A DNA stretch of 64,000 nt, from assembly GCA_963833985.1 (NCBI GenBank), contig CAWIAD010000001.1, positions 800,001 to 864,000 on the forward strand. The letters are read 5' to 3'. The position numbers were made by a program, and so were the translations under genes. The stretch is from an uncultured Planctomycetaceae bacterium. GTDB lineage: Bacteria > Planctomycetota > Planctomycetia > Isosphaerales > Isosphaeraceae. Below the pieces are notes generated by a model that did not search any database, was not told where the DNA came from, and saw nothing but the letters and a program-made list of their open reading frames with translations. Positions 1 through 11,022 of the stretch are shown here, piece by piece (position 1 is the first letter of the stretch; each line of letters begins with the position of its first letter).

Positions 1-71
1 TACAAGGCCGGCGACTGCGGGTTGCCGGCCAGAGCATGGCCTTCAGGGAGGCCGCATGCCGGGCTGGTCGC

Positions 72-635
72 TCAGGGTCGTCGTGTCTGGTCACCCGCAC
101 CGCCGGTCTGGTCGGTCACGACCGTCCGCTCCTCAAATTCCAGGGCCGCCGAGTTGATGCAGTAGCGCAAACCAGTCGGCGCGGGGCCGTCGTCGAACAC
201 GTGCCCCAGGTGAGCATGGCAGGAACCGCAGAGCACCTCGGTGCGCTTCATCCAGAGACTGCTGTCCTCCTGGCTTCCCACGTTGCGTGATTCAACCGGC
301 CTCGTGAAGCTGGGCCAACCGCTGCCGGAATCAAATTTCGCTGCCGAGTCGAAGAGCGGCGTACCGCAGCAGACGCACTTGTAAACCCCGTCGTGCTTGT
401 TGTCCCAGTATTTGCCCGTGAAGGCGCGTTCGGTTCCGCGCTCGCGGGTCACGTGGTATTGCTCGGGCGTCAACTGGCTGCGCCATTCCGCGTCGGACCT
501 GGTGACTCTGGGCGCAGGCAGGTTGCTGGGTCTGTCCATGGGACGGTTGCTCCACGTGGGACCGCAGCCGGCCGTCACCAGAAAGGCGACGATCAAGGCC
601 GCGACGGAGATATTGATAGTTCGATCCACTCGCAC
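72..635 (-). CDS. msrB: Peptide-methionine (R)-S-oxide reductase MsrB with a probable N-terminal lipoprotein signal
   Basis: Motifs [43 protein letters not shown]. Hydrophobic N-terminus ends in a lipobox-like TAGC. Confidence 0.95.
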   Translation of the reverse strand: MRVDRTINISVAALIVAFLVTAGCGPTWSNRPMDRPSNLPAPRVTRSDAEWRSQLTPEQYHVTRERGTERAFTGKYWDNKHDGVYKCVCCGTPLFDSAAKFDSGSGWPSFTRPVESRNVGSQEDSSLWMKRTEVLCGSCHAHLGHVFDDGPAPTGLRYCINSAALEFEERTVVTDQTGGAGDQTRRP

Positions 636-664
636 AGCTGCTTTTCATCCAGTTGTCAAGGCGT

Positions 665-2164
665 TCATGGCCGATGGAACACTCGGCGGTAGATTTGCAG
701 AAAACCTTCCGCTCGTGATGACCGTGTGTACGGGAAGAGTTGCGGCCGAAAGCCTCCCGCCCCCCGCTCGAACACAGCCTGGGACTGGGTGAATTCGAGC
801 AGGCCGAACGATCCGTGAGTCCGTCCGAAACCGCTGGCCTTCGAGCCGCCAAACGGCGCCCCCGCGTGCGCGGTTGGAGTCACGGCGTCGTTGATGCAAA
901 CCATGCCGGCACGGAGACTGGAAGACATGCGGCGCAGGGTGGAAAGGTCTCTGCCCCAGAGGCTGGCACCCAGCGCATAGCGGCTGGAATTGGCCGCCTC
1001 GATCGCCGCCTCGGCAGTCGGCACGCCGCGGATCAGCACAACTGGCCCGAATGCCCCTTCCAGAGCCATCGCGGGCTCCTCCGTATCCGCCTCCAGGACG
1101 GTCGGAGCGTAAAACCACCCCGGTCCGTCGAGCCTCTGCGCACCCGCCAGCACACGGGCACCCGCGGTGATGGCGTCCTGAACCTGCTCGTGAAACCGCT
1201 GCCGCGCGGCGCTTGTGATCATCGGGCCGAGATCGGTTCCAGGCAGCGCGGGGTCACCAACCTTCAGGGCCAGGGTGCGGGCCGCGAACCGGTCCGACCA
1301 GGACCGGACCTCGCCCACCACGTAGACGCGCTTCACGGCCACGCAGGTCTGGCCGCAGCCCACGAAGGCCGCCCAGACCAGGGCATCCACGGTGCTCTGC
1401 ATGGGCGAGCCTGGCAGCACAATGGCGGCATCGAAGCCGGAAAGCTCGGCGACAGCCGGGATCCCCCGCGACCCGAGCCGCGCGATCACCCGGCGGCCGT
1501 TGGCCACGCCGCCGGTGAACAGGGCCTTGTCCAGGTTGGCATCCACCAGCGCCTGGCCGACCTCGGGCCCGCCAGGGAGTGCGATCACCAGGTCAGGCGG
1601 CATCCCCGCCTCGCTCAGGCTCTCCTGGATCCGCGCGGCAGTGGCGAGGGCCAGTTCCGACGGCTTCCAGACAACCGCGTTGCCCGCGGCCAGGGCCTGG
1701 GCAATCGGTGGCACGTTGAGAAAGAGAGGATAGTTCCAGGTGCCGATCATCCCCACGACGCCGTAGGGGGCGTGCCGCACCTTCGCCCCGGGCAAGAGCA
1801 GCCAGCGCTGCCATGCGGAACCCACGCGCAGATCGCGCAGCACGCGGTTGCCGTGAGTCACCGTCCAGCGCAGCGCATCCAGCGTGGGCACCACATCGCC
1901 CGCGAGCGCCTCGACGCCGGGCTTGCCGATCTCGTCCCGGATCAGTTCTCTCCAGGCCGTCGCGTCACGCGCGAGCACGCGCCACCAGCGTCTCAGGAAT
2001 TCGCGCCGCGCAGGCCAGGGACGTGCCTCCCAGGCTTGCTGCGCTGCCCGTGCCCGCTCCACCAGCGCGGGCACTTGCCCGGGCTCCGTCGCATCGATCC
2101 TACCAACCACAGCCCCGGTCGCGGGGTTGGTGGTCGACAGCACACTCTTCACCGCCACTGACAT
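665..2164 (-). CDS. NAD(P)-dependent aldehyde dehydrogenase family protein
   Basis: NPATG, WNYP, KPSE, FTGG, catalytic Glu (ELSG) and Cys (GQTCVA), FGPV, PFGG.K.SGFG. Confidence 0.93.
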   Translation of the reverse strand: MSVAVKSVLSTTNPATGAVVGRIDATEPGQVPALVERARAAQQAWEARPWPARREFLRRWWRVLARDATAWRELIRDEIGKPGVEALAGDVVPTLDALRWTVTHGNRVLRDLRVGSAWQRWLLLPGAKVRHAPYGVVGMIGTWNYPLFLNVPPIAQALAAGNAVVWKPSELALATAARIQESLSEAGMPPDLVIALPGGPEVGQALVDANLDKALFTGGVANGRRVIARLGSRGIPAVAELSGFDAAIVLPGSPMQSTVDALVWAAFVGCGQTCVAVKRVYVVGEVRSWSDRFAARTLALKVGDPALPGTDLGPMITSAARQRFHEQVQDAITAGARVLAGAQRLDGPGWFYAPTVLEADTEEPAMALEGAFGPVVLIRGVPTAEAAIEAANSSRYALGASLWGRDLSTLRRMSSSLRAGMVCINDAVTPTAHAGAPFGGSKASGFGRTHGSFGLLEFTQSQAVFERGAGGFRPQLFPYTRSSRAEGFLQIYRRVFHRP

Positions 2165-2775
2165 GAATTGGTGCGTTTCCTGCGAAAGCCCCTTACTTCA
2201 GGGGACGGACCGGGCGGATCCTGCTGGGCCTCACCAGCTTCGACCCCTATCGTAAGAACGGCACGGGTTCGACCACAAGTGCAGCGTGACACGGACCACA
2301 CATCTGCCCTCAGCAAACGCAGTCGTGGATCGGCTGGGCAGGCAGCCTGAGCAGTGCGTTCTGCGCCCGGCGGCGGTGATCCGGACGCGAGGTCTGTCTG
2401 GACAGCCGCATCAACAAAACTGAATTGATTTTAATCCGAGTTGACTTGTATTCAAGGTCGCCTGATGTAGATTGAACTCATGCCTCCCCTCGAAGGCAGA
2501 TTCTTTACGGAAGGAAGTATAGAATTCATTCTTGGCCTCGGGTACCGTGTGAATCGGGTTGGGCGGGGACTGAGTTCGCGAATCGAGCTTGTACGGATCG
2601 TGCCTCCAAGAAGTCCCTCCATCAATCATCCGTCCATCCGCCGGAGGCGGTCTGGTCTGGCGGATGGCCTCTGGCTGGTCAGCGTCCGGGCCCGTCGCTG
2701 GCACACTGATCGAGCCACTTCGAACGCGCGGGAAATTCGCCGATGAGCTGGGGCACCGAGGGAGAACGTTCCGGG

Positions 2776-4311
2776 ATGGATGAGGCCTCATCGCAGCAGC
2801 GCGGGTATTTCGTTTCTCCCCAGGCCTTCCTCGCGTCGATCGTCGAGTCATCGAACGACGCGATCGTGACCAAGACGCTGGAGGGCATCGTCACGAGCTG
2901 GAACCGGGCGGCGGAGCGTATTTTCGGGTACACCGCCGCTGAGATGATCGGGCACCCCATTTCCAGAATCGCGGTTCCCGGCCATGTCGAGGACATGCGA
3001 CGCATCCTCGAGAAGATCGCGCGCGGCGAGCGTATCGAGCATTTCGAAACGAGGCGCCGCACCAAGGATGGCCGGATCATCCATGTCTCGCTGTCCGTTT
3101 CCCCGGTCCGCAACGAGCTCGGGCAGATCATCGGCGCTGCCAAGATCGCCCGCGACGTCACCGAACGCAAGCGGGTCGAGGAGGAGAATGCCGCGCTGGT
3201 GGGCGAGCTCCAGGAATCCGCAAAACATAAAGATGAACTTTTGCGTATGCTCGCGCACGAGCTGCGTAACCCGCTTGCGCCGTTGAGGAACGCGGTTCAC
3301 CTGCTTCAGCTTCAGGGCAATGACCCGGCCATTGTTTCACGCGTCCGCGAGATGATGAACCGGCAGATCACCCATCTCAGCAGGCTCATCGACGATCTCC
3401 TCGACGTCTCGCGGATCACCTTCGGCGTGATCCATCTCGATCGCGAGCGTATGGACCTGGCCCGCCTGGTCCGGCTCACCATTGATGACCAGCAAGAGCT
3501 TTTTGAAAAGTCAGGCATCGCTCTGACGACGAGGATCCCGGAGATCCCCGTCTGGACCTACGGCGATCGCACACGCATGAGTCAGGCGCTTGAGAACCTG
3601 CTGGAGAACGCCCGCAAGTTCACCCAGAGCGGGGGCCGGATCGAGGTGGAGGTCACAATCGAACCGGAGCCGCAGGCGGCCATCATCCGGGTGTGCGACA
3701 CGGGCATCGGCGTCGATCCGCAACTGCTTCCCAGGCTGTTCGAGCCGTTCATTCAGGCCGACCGCAGCCTCGACCGCAAGCGCGGAGGACTTGGCCTGGG
3801 GCTGACGCTCGTGAAAAAAATCGTCGACCTCCACGCCGGCTCCGTAGCGGCCCACAGCGCGGGCAAGGACCAGGGAGCTGAATTCACGATCCGGCTTCCC
3901 CTTCAAAGCGAACCGCTGGCCCTGGCCAGCAGCGAGGTCATACCGGCCGGCGTCAGCAAGCATGTGCGAATCCTTGTGGTCGAAGATAATCGCGACTCGG
4001 CCGAGAGCCTCCGCATGCTCCTTTCCACACAAGGATACGAGGTGGCGCTCGCCTACAACGGAATCGAGGGCGTGGAGGCCGCGCGGAGCGCGCACCCAGA
4101 TGTGATCATCTGCGACGTCGGCCTCCCCGGCATGGATGGCTATGCGGTGGCCCGGGCGATCCGCCGCGACCCCGGGACGTCCAAGACCCGGCTCATCGCC
4201 GTCACCGGCTACGGACAGGACGACGACCGCGTCCGGGCTCTGGCCAGCGGTTTCGACACGCACCTCGTGAAACCGGCCGACCCGGAAACCCTGCTCGGAC
4301 TGATCTCCTGA
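2776..4311 (+). CDS. PAS-domain hybrid sensor histidine kinase / response regulator
   Basis: PAS (SSNDAIVTKTLEGIVTSWNRAAERIFGY), H-box LAHELRNPL, N-box NLLENARKFT, G-boxes DTGIG and GLGLGL, C-terminal receiver (VVEDN, CDVGLPGMDG, KP). Start could be 2743. Confidence 0.93.
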   Translation: MDEASSQQRGYFVSPQAFLASIVESSNDAIVTKTLEGIVTSWNRAAERIFGYTAAEMIGHPISRIAVPGHVEDMRRILEKIARGERIEHFETRRRTKDGRIIHVSLSVSPVRNELGQIIGAAKIARDVTERKRVEEENAALVGELQESAKHKDELLRMLAHELRNPLAPLRNAVHLLQLQGNDPAIVSRVREMMNRQITHLSRLIDDLLDVSRITFGVIHLDRERMDLARLVRLTIDDQQELFEKSGIALTTRIPEIPVWTYGDRTRMSQALENLLENARKFTQSGGRIEVEVTIEPEPQAAIIRVCDTGIGVDPQLLPRLFEPFIQADRSLDRKRGGLGLGLTLVKKIVDLHAGSVAAHSAGKDQGAEFTIRLPLQSEPLALASSEVIPAGVSKHVRILVVEDNRDSAESLRMLLSTQGYEVALAYNGIEGVEAARSAHPDVIICDVGLPGMDGYAVARAIRRDPGTSKTRLIAVTGYGQDDDRVRALASGFDTHLVKPADPETLLGLIS

Positions 4312-4585
4312 GCATGCCCCGGGGATCTCCGTCTGCCGGTTCACCCTGCACCCGCCCGAACACCACTTGCAAGTCGGGCACCTCGAGCGGTATGGTACCG
4401 ACCTGTTCTGCCACATGTCGGACCGATCCTATGCGACAGCGGTCGATGCGCAGGCATTCTCCGTTGTTTCGGCTCTTCGATCCTTTGCCATCTCGGAACA
4501 GGCCAGCGCAGGCCCGCACGCGGTGATGCACAGCTTGCCCGAACCGGGTGAAGCACGGCACCGCGGTGGGACAAGGAGAGCATCC

Positions 4586-5670
4586 ATGCCTGATCAGCTC
4601 CCAACCCGCCGGGCCACGATCCGGATTCATCCATCCGCTGCCACAGCTCGCGGCTGCACGCCGGTCCGCCTTCCCTGGGTCACGCCGGCAAGGCTGCTGC
4701 TTGCTCCCATGCTGCTGGGAGCAGGCGCTTTCTCGGGCAATCTCTTCGAGCTTGACACCGAGCGCCGGGACGCCCGGGCCGTGCACGGGGTCTCGTCCTC
4801 GGTGCAGGCTCTGGCCTACGCGCCCGTCGGAGAGCTCATGGCCTGGCTGGAGTGGGACGAGCTGGACCCACGGCTCGTCCTGCAAACCTTGGACTCTACA
4901 GAGACGATCCACTTCCCGAACCGGACGCGGGCAGCGAAGAGCCTCGCATTCGCCCCAGACGGAAGCCTGCTGGCAATTGGCTTTGGCGACGGTGCGGTGG
5001 AGGTCAGGAAGACCCGGCCTCACAGCAACTCTCTGGAGATTGCCGCCCACACCGGCGCGGTCCGTAGCGTGGCCTTCTCCGCAGACTCGTCGGTGCTCGC
5101 GACGGCGGGAGCCGACTCGCGGATCAGGCTCTGGGACGCTTGCACCGGCAAGCCGCGCGGAACACTCAGCGGCCATCACGCCCCGGTCAACGGTATTGCC
5201 TTCGCGCCCGACGGTACCACCCTGGCGGCGGCCGATGCCTCGGGAGTCGTGGCTCTCTGGAACTGGCGCGGCACGCCGGCCATCAGGTGCCTGCGGCAGT
5301 CGACCGGGGATGGCCATCCCGTGACCAACGTCGCCTTCTCTCCCGACGGCTCGAGCCTGGCCGCCGGCAACGTGAACCGGCAGGTTGCAGTCTACGAGGC
5401 GAGCACCGGCCGGCATCTCTGCACATTCGGAGACCGCGCCAGACGATCACCGCACTGGCCTGGTCACACGACGGCCGCTTCCTCGTCGCGGCCGGCACTG
5501 GCGGCACCATCGATTGCCGGGAGCTTGCGACGGGCCGGCATCGAACAATGCCACACCAGCATGATGGAGCGATCTGGTCGCTGGCGTTCTCCGCTGACGG
5601 GAATGAACTGGCCTCGGCCGGAAGCGATCAATGCATCCGGGTTCATGACTGGGAGCGCCTGAGCCGCTAG
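4586..5670 (+). CDS. WD40-repeat protein, frameshifted near 5438
   Basis: Repeats such as HTGAVRSVAFSADSSVLATAGADSRIRLWD in ORF 4367..5662 continue as TITALAWSHDG...HDGAIWSLAFSADG in ORF 5140..5670. AGGAG RBS precedes ATG 4586. Confidence 0.85.
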
Positions 5671-5709
5671 GCACCAGGTCACAGTTCGGGCGAGCGATGG
5701 CTTGCGACG

Positions 5710-6129
5710 TCACTCCGTAGTGGTGGGACGTCCGATCTCCCAGTGGTATCCGAACGGATCCACGAGCCGTCCGATTCTCCAGCCGTGCTCATCGGTCACC
5801 GGGAATACCTCCACGGCGCCGGCTGCCAGCGCCTGGGCAAACAGGGTGTCCGGATCGGGGACCGTCACGATCAGCCGGATTGGCCCGCCACCGGCGAATG
5901 CGGGTCGTGATTCCGCATGACCGGCGGAATCGCCGCTCAGCCAGAACGGTGCGCCCTCGATCGACAGCCGTGCCACCAGGCCGGCGCCGGGCGCTTCCTC
6001 GAAGCGATACGTTTCCACGGCGCCGAATGCGGATGTGTAGAACTCAACAGCGCGGGCACCGTCCGGCACCGTCAACCACGGTGCGATAGTGACCGGACCA
6101 GCGGCTCTCGACTCTGAACCTGAGACCAT
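5710..6129 (-). CDS. VOC/glyoxalase (PhnB-like) family protein
   Basis: PWLTVPDGARAVEFYTSAFGA and GWRIGRLVDPFGYHWEI. AAGGAG RBS upstream of ATG 6129. Confidence 0.9.
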   Translation of the reverse strand: MVSGSESRAAGPVTIAPWLTVPDGARAVEFYTSAFGAVETYRFEEAPGAGLVARLSIEGAPFWLSGDSAGHAESRPAFAGGGPIRLIVTVPDPDTLFAQALAAGAVEVFPVTDEHGWRIGRLVDPFGYHWEIGRPTTTE

Positions 6130-6264
6130 CGGCCGCTCCTTGTGAAGGTCCCTCGCCGGCCGCCTTCGCGGCTCCAGGGGAGCGAGCGAAGTCTGGCCAT
6201 GTGCAGCTCGCTCCGGTGTGGCGCAGTCTACTGTTGCGAACGACACTCCGTCCATCGACATCGT

Positions 6265-6509
6265 TCACCACCGTGGGGCACGGCCTGCGATCGCGTCGTT
6301 GACGGCCAGTTCAATCGCCTCGTCCTTGCCGTGCCGGCACATCCTGCGGTGCACCTCCGCGCGGATCGCCTCGACGTTACCGCCGATGCCTGCCGCGAAG
6401 TCGCGGCCGAAGCAATGATCGAAGCGCCAATCTCGATGAGCCGGGCCGCCTCACCATAAGCCCGCCGGTACAGGGCCGCCTGCTGAGGATCGTGCGTATC
6501 GAACATCAT
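6265..6509 (-). CDS. Small hypothetical protein (~81 aa), apparent frameshift near 6428
   Basis: Restoring one base gives MMFDTHDPQQAALYRRAYGEAARLIEI-RFDHCFGRDFAAGIGGNVEAIRAEVHRRMCRHGKDEAIELAVNDAIAGRAPRW*. GGAGGAG RBS upstream and GC3-rich codons in the repaired frame. Confidence 0.6.
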
Positions 6510-6830
6510 CCCAGCTCCTCCCTGACGGCTCGACCAGCGCCGGGCTCCCAGGCTCAGGCTGAACCGTCACGCAACGAGGCGACATACGTTCTGCGCACAA
6601 ATGTATATCACGATACCGTGCGTGGCAAGGCCAGTGAGCCGGCTTCGGGCGGCGCGACGGAGTGAGTTTCGCGGCGCCGGCAGATGCTCCGGGGTTTCCG
6701 CACGCCCGGGCACGTGACCGTCGCACATCATTTCTTCATGGAAACGGGATAGGATCAAGATTCAGCCCGGGACACGACCATCGGCCTCGCGCCGTGCCGG
6801 ATCGAATCAATTCCGTCGAGGTCGCTCAAG

Positions 6831-9314
6831 GTGAAAGCCAGCAACAGCGATTGGATTGGACAGGAGATCGCCGAGGGCCGGTACAAGATTCTCGGCAGGA
6901 TCGGGCAGGGAAGCATGGGGCACATCTACTGTGCCTTTGACCGGCACCTGGATACCGACGTGGTCCTGAAGTTCCCGTTCTCCAACGAACCGGGAGCGGA
7001 CAACCGGGCGTTTCTCGACCGCTTCGGCACGGAGATCCGGTCGCTCGTCGCGCTCAGCCATCCCCATATCGTCAAGATCATCGACGTGGGTGAGTTCCGC
7101 GATCTGCCGTTCGTCGTCATGCAGTACCTGGCCGGTGGCAGTCTCAAGGATCGCATTCCCGCCGGGGCGCGCGGCGAGCCCCAGCCCATGCCGCTGGCCT
7201 CGCTGCGGGACTGGCTGCCAGATGTCGCCCGGGCGCTCGACTTCATTCATTCCCAGAACCACATCCATCGCGATGTGAAGCCGGCCAACATCCTCTTCGA
7301 CCGTCATGGCAACGCATTCCTGGGCGATTTCGGCATCATCAAGGCGCTCACGTCCGAGACCAGCGACTGGAGAGGCAACTCGCTGACCGCTCCCGGCTTC
7401 CTCGTGGGCACGCCAAACTACGTCGCGCCCGAGATCGTCATGGGACGAACCGCCGACGCCCGGGTCGACCAGTATTCGCTCGCGATGACCGCTTACGAGA
7501 TCTTGACCGGGAACAACTGCATGGAAGGTCCAACGCCTTCAGCCACCGTCGTCAACCAGACCATGGTGGTTCCACCTCCGCTCACCGAGATCCTCCCCTC
7601 CCTACCCAGGCGGACCTCCGACGCCATCTTGCGGGGTCTCGCCAAGAGCCCCAACGACCGCTTCGAGACGTGCGTGGCGCTGGCGCAGGAAGTGCTCGCC
7701 GAGGTCCCCGCCGGTTCCATGCGCACGACCGTGACCCCTCTGAACGGGTTGACCGCGCGGGGGGAACCCGGCCGCGTGCCTTGCCCATCCTGCGGAGCGC
7801 CGATTCCGGCCGACCGCGAGCACGCCGGCCGGCGGTTGCGGTGCGCAGGATGCCAGGCCGTATCCTACGTCCAGATCCTTTCCCGCAACACGCTGCAATT
7901 GAAGCTCGTCGAACACCCCCCGGTGACGGTCGGGGCGGGCGGACCCGTGGTGATCGACGCGCCGGACGAGGAGATTCAGCCCGATCCGTCGGCGGCAACG
8001 GTGCACGTGACGGCTGGCGATGCGAGCTCCACGCTGCTGCCGCTGCCGTCCATGGCGGAAAAACAGGCGCGCCCCGCGGTCTGGACGCGCCGGCTCGCCC
8101 TCACCGCGCTGGCCGTCCTATCGCTTGCCGGAGCAGTGCTGCTGGGCCGATCGCTCATGAGCCGTTCCGGCCGCTCTGACAGCGGCCAGGACCTGGCTCA
8201 CGTCACGCAGCCGGGGGGTGATGCCCAGGCCGCACTGCCTGGCTCCGCGCCACTTTCCCCGGTTGAGATTCACATCGCGTATGGAACCGAGAAGGAAAAG
8301 TGGCTCAAGGAGGCGATGGCGGAGTTCCTGCGGACGGCAGCCGGCGAGCGGATCAAGATCATCCCGCACGGCATGGGCTCGCTGGAAGGCGCCCAGGCCG
8401 TCCTCGACGGACCCGGCCCAGCTCCCATTCATGTCTGGTCTCCGGCCAGCAGCGCGTACCGCGATCTCTTCGAGAAGAAGTCGCGCGCGGCGCACCAGAA
8501 CAAGCCCATCCTCAAATCGGAGAGCCTGGCCCTTACTCCGATGGTCTTCGTCTCCTGGCAGGACCGCCGCGAGGCGTTTATCAAGAAGTATGGCCGGCTC
8601 AGCTTCAAGACCGTCGGCCAGGCCATGGCAGAGCCCGGGGGCTGGGAGGCCATCGGCACAGAGCCGGGCTGGGGTCGATTCAAGTTCAGCCATACGGATC
8701 CGGGGCAATCCAACAGCGGCCTTCTGACACTCGTCATGATGGCCTACGAGTTCGCCGGCAAGGAACGCGGTCTCTCCCAGGAAGACGTGTCCCAGAAAGC
8801 TTTCCTGGACTGGCTTCGCGGCTTCGAACGTGCCGTGGTCCCCTCCGGAGGCCCGCTCATCCATAGCACCGGCGACTTGATGCGCGAGATGATTGCACGC
8901 GGCCCCTCGCAGTACGATTGCGTCCTCGTCTACGAGAACCTGGCGATCGACTACCTCCAGTCCGCACGCGAACACTGGGGCGACCTGCACGTCGATTATC
9001 CCGAGCCCAACATGTGGAACGAGCACCCTTACTACATCCTCGATGTTCCCTGGAGCAGCCCTGCCCAGCGCTCCGCCGCCGCCGAGTTCCTTGCCTTTCT
9101 CATGAGCGAGCCCATCCAGCGGCGGGCACTCGAGCACGGCTTCCGCCCCGGCAACCTCGACATCTCGGTCCGGTTCCCCGAGAGCCCCTTGATCCGCCAC
9201 GCTCGCAACGGCTTGCAAATTGACCTGCCAAGGATGTGTGAGCCGCCCCGCGCAGGCACACTGGAAACGCTTCTGCGCCTCGCCAGCCAGGTGGACCTGG
9301 CCAGCCAACCCTGA
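6831..9314 (+). CDS. Hanks-type Ser/Thr kinase with Zn-ribbon, one TM helix and a C-terminal extracellular solute-binding (SBP_bac_11-like) domain
   Basis: GQGSMG, HRDVKPAN, DFG, GTPNYVAPE; CPSC..CAGC; TM LALTALAVLSLAGAVLLG; SBP-like motifs YGTEKEKWL, WSPASS, HTDPGQSNSG, YENLAI, FLAFLMSEPIQ..ALEHGFRP. Confidence 0.9.
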   Translation: MKASNSDWIGQEIAEGRYKILGRIGQGSMGHIYCAFDRHLDTDVVLKFPFSNEPGADNRAFLDRFGTEIRSLVALSHPHIVKIIDVGEFRDLPFVVMQYLAGGSLKDRIPAGARGEPQPMPLASLRDWLPDVARALDFIHSQNHIHRDVKPANILFDRHGNAFLGDFGIIKALTSETSDWRGNSLTAPGFLVGTPNYVAPEIVMGRTADARVDQYSLAMTAYEILTGNNCMEGPTPSATVVNQTMVVPPPLTEILPSLPRRTSDAILRGLAKSPNDRFETCVALAQEVLAEVPAGSMRTTVTPLNGLTARGEPGRVPCPSCGAPIPADREHAGRRLRCAGCQAVSYVQILSRNTLQLKLVEHPPVTVGAGGPVVIDAPDEEIQPDPSAATVHVTAGDASSTLLPLPSMAEKQARPAVWTRRLALTALAVLSLAGAVLLGRSLMSRSGRSDSGQDLAHVTQPGGDAQAALPGSAPLSPVEIHIAYGTEKEKWLKEAMAEFLRTAAGERIKIIPHGMGSLEGAQAVLDGPGPAPIHVWSPASSAYRDLFEKKSRAAHQNKPILKSESLALTPMVFVSWQDRREAFIKKYGRLSFKTVGQAMAEPGGWEAIGTEPGWGRFKFSHTDPGQSNSGLLTLVMMAYEFAGKERGLSQEDVSQKAFLDWLRGFERAVVPSGGPLIHSTGDLMREMIARGPSQYDCVLVYENLAIDYLQSAREHWGDLHVDYPEPNMWNEHPYYILDVPWSSPAQRSAAAEFLAFLMSEPIQRRALEHGFRPGNLDISVRFPESPLIRHARNGLQIDLPRMCEPPRAGTLETLLRLASQVDLASQP

Positions 9315-9644
9315 CGCTCACCATGGCTGACGCCGAAGATGCCGATCTGGAGGCCTTTCCGCGTCCGAAAATGTCGATTCCGCGCGTCATGACACGAGAT
9401 CTTCCGCACGGCTTGTCGAATTCTTCAAGTTCCCCAATTTCTCCAAAGATCGGAAGTTTGCAAGCTCTTGCTTGTTCGCTAAAGTAATAGGAGCAGCTTG
9501 TCACCCACGCCGCCGTCGGTTCCCGGGCCGTTCCGCCATCGTCTTCAGGATCCTGCCGGCGAGTCTTGAAGAGGCCCTGCCGCCATGGTGCGCGCGTCTC
9601 TCGATTGATTGTCCGAACCGGGCCAAACACCGCGAGTTGCACCG

Positions 9645-10929
9645 ATGCGTACAAAGCTTGTCTCTTCGCAACAGAAGCTTCGTGGGGCCGTCAAGGATCA
9701 TGCGCGACAGGAGCCGCCTGGTAAGCCGCCGGAGGGAGACGGCCCGCAGGAAGCCGAGCGGCGCCTGCGCTGGGTGGGGCAGGTGACCGGCCACGACCTG
9801 ACCGGAACGCCCCTCCCCGAGCCGGGCGCATTACAGGGGATCATCGAGAACCATGTCGGTTTCATGCCCCTGCCGATGGCGATCGCGTCCCCCCTGGTGA
9901 TCCACGGCGATTATGCCCGCGGCGACTTCGTCGTACCGCTCTGCACGCTGGAAAGTGGGCTCGTGGCACTTCTCGGCCGCGGGCTGGAGGCCGTCGCCGC
10001 GGCGGGCGGCTGCCGGACCATTCACCTGAAGCAAGAGCTCAGCCGCAGCCCGGCCTTCTGTCTGCCCACGATCACCGAGATCGGCCCGTTTCTGGACTGG
10101 ATCAACGACCATGCGGATTCGATCCTCGTCGCCGCCGAGAGCACCACGCGGCATGGCCGGCTGTTGCGGGTCGATCCGACCCCGATCCAGCAGTGGGTGA
10201 TCCTCGACTTCGTTTATGACACGGGCAACGCGGCCGGCCAGAACATGGTCTCGCTGGCAACCGAGGCAGCATGCCAGTACATCCAGGGCGAGACCGGCTT
10301 TCACTATTACCTGGAGTCGGGCTTCAACAGCGAGAAGAAACCCTCGCGCCGCAATCTGGGGAGCGGACGCGGCCACTCCATCAGCGTCGAGTTCTCGCTG
10401 GGCGGCCAGGCACTGAGCGGGTTGGGAGTCCGCCCCGAGGCGATCCTGGAGTACCAGCAACTGGCGCTCACCTCCCGCGCAGGCGATCGGCATGCTGGGC
10501 AACAGTTCGCACCTGGCAAACCTGCTCGCGGCCCTTTATCTCGCCACCGGCCAGGACGCCGCCTGCGTGGCCGAGAATGCCATGGGCTTCAGCCAGGCCC
10601 TGCCTGACGGCGGCGACGGTCTGCTCTTCCGGATGACCTTGCCTTCGCTCACGATCGGGACCGTGGGCGGCGGTACCCGGCTGCCGGCCCAGCGGCGTAA
10701 CCTGGAGCTGCTGGGGTGTACCGGCGGCAGCCACGACGCGCGCAAGCTTGCCGAGATCTTCGGCGCGTGCGCCGCCGCGGCCGAGCTGGCACAGGTGGTC
10801 TCGATCGTCTCCGGGCAGGCGGCTCACGCCCAGCGCGCCTGGCGCGGGCAGGCCGCGATTGAGCCGCAGCATCATCGACCCGCTCCCCCGGGACCGGTGA
10901 CCTGGGCGCGTGCCCTGCTCGATCCATGA
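9645..10929 (+). CDS. Class I hydroxymethylglutaryl-CoA reductase homologue, frameshifted near 10475
   Basis: ENHVGFMPLP, VPLCTLESGLVA, TGNAAGQNMV and EKKPS in ORF 9609..10607; ANLLAALYLATGQDAACV and GTVGGGT in ORF 10492..10929. Confidence 0.87.
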
Positions 10930-11022
10930 TGCAAAGGGCCGGCGGGCAGACCGTGCCGCGCCGGAGCGGCCCCGTCAGATCGAGACGCGCGCCACCCCGA
11001 CCTGCGGACAGAGACTTTCCGA

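Noticed and set aside
36..290. 84-aa plus-strand ORF
   Set aside because: Antisense shadow of msrB.
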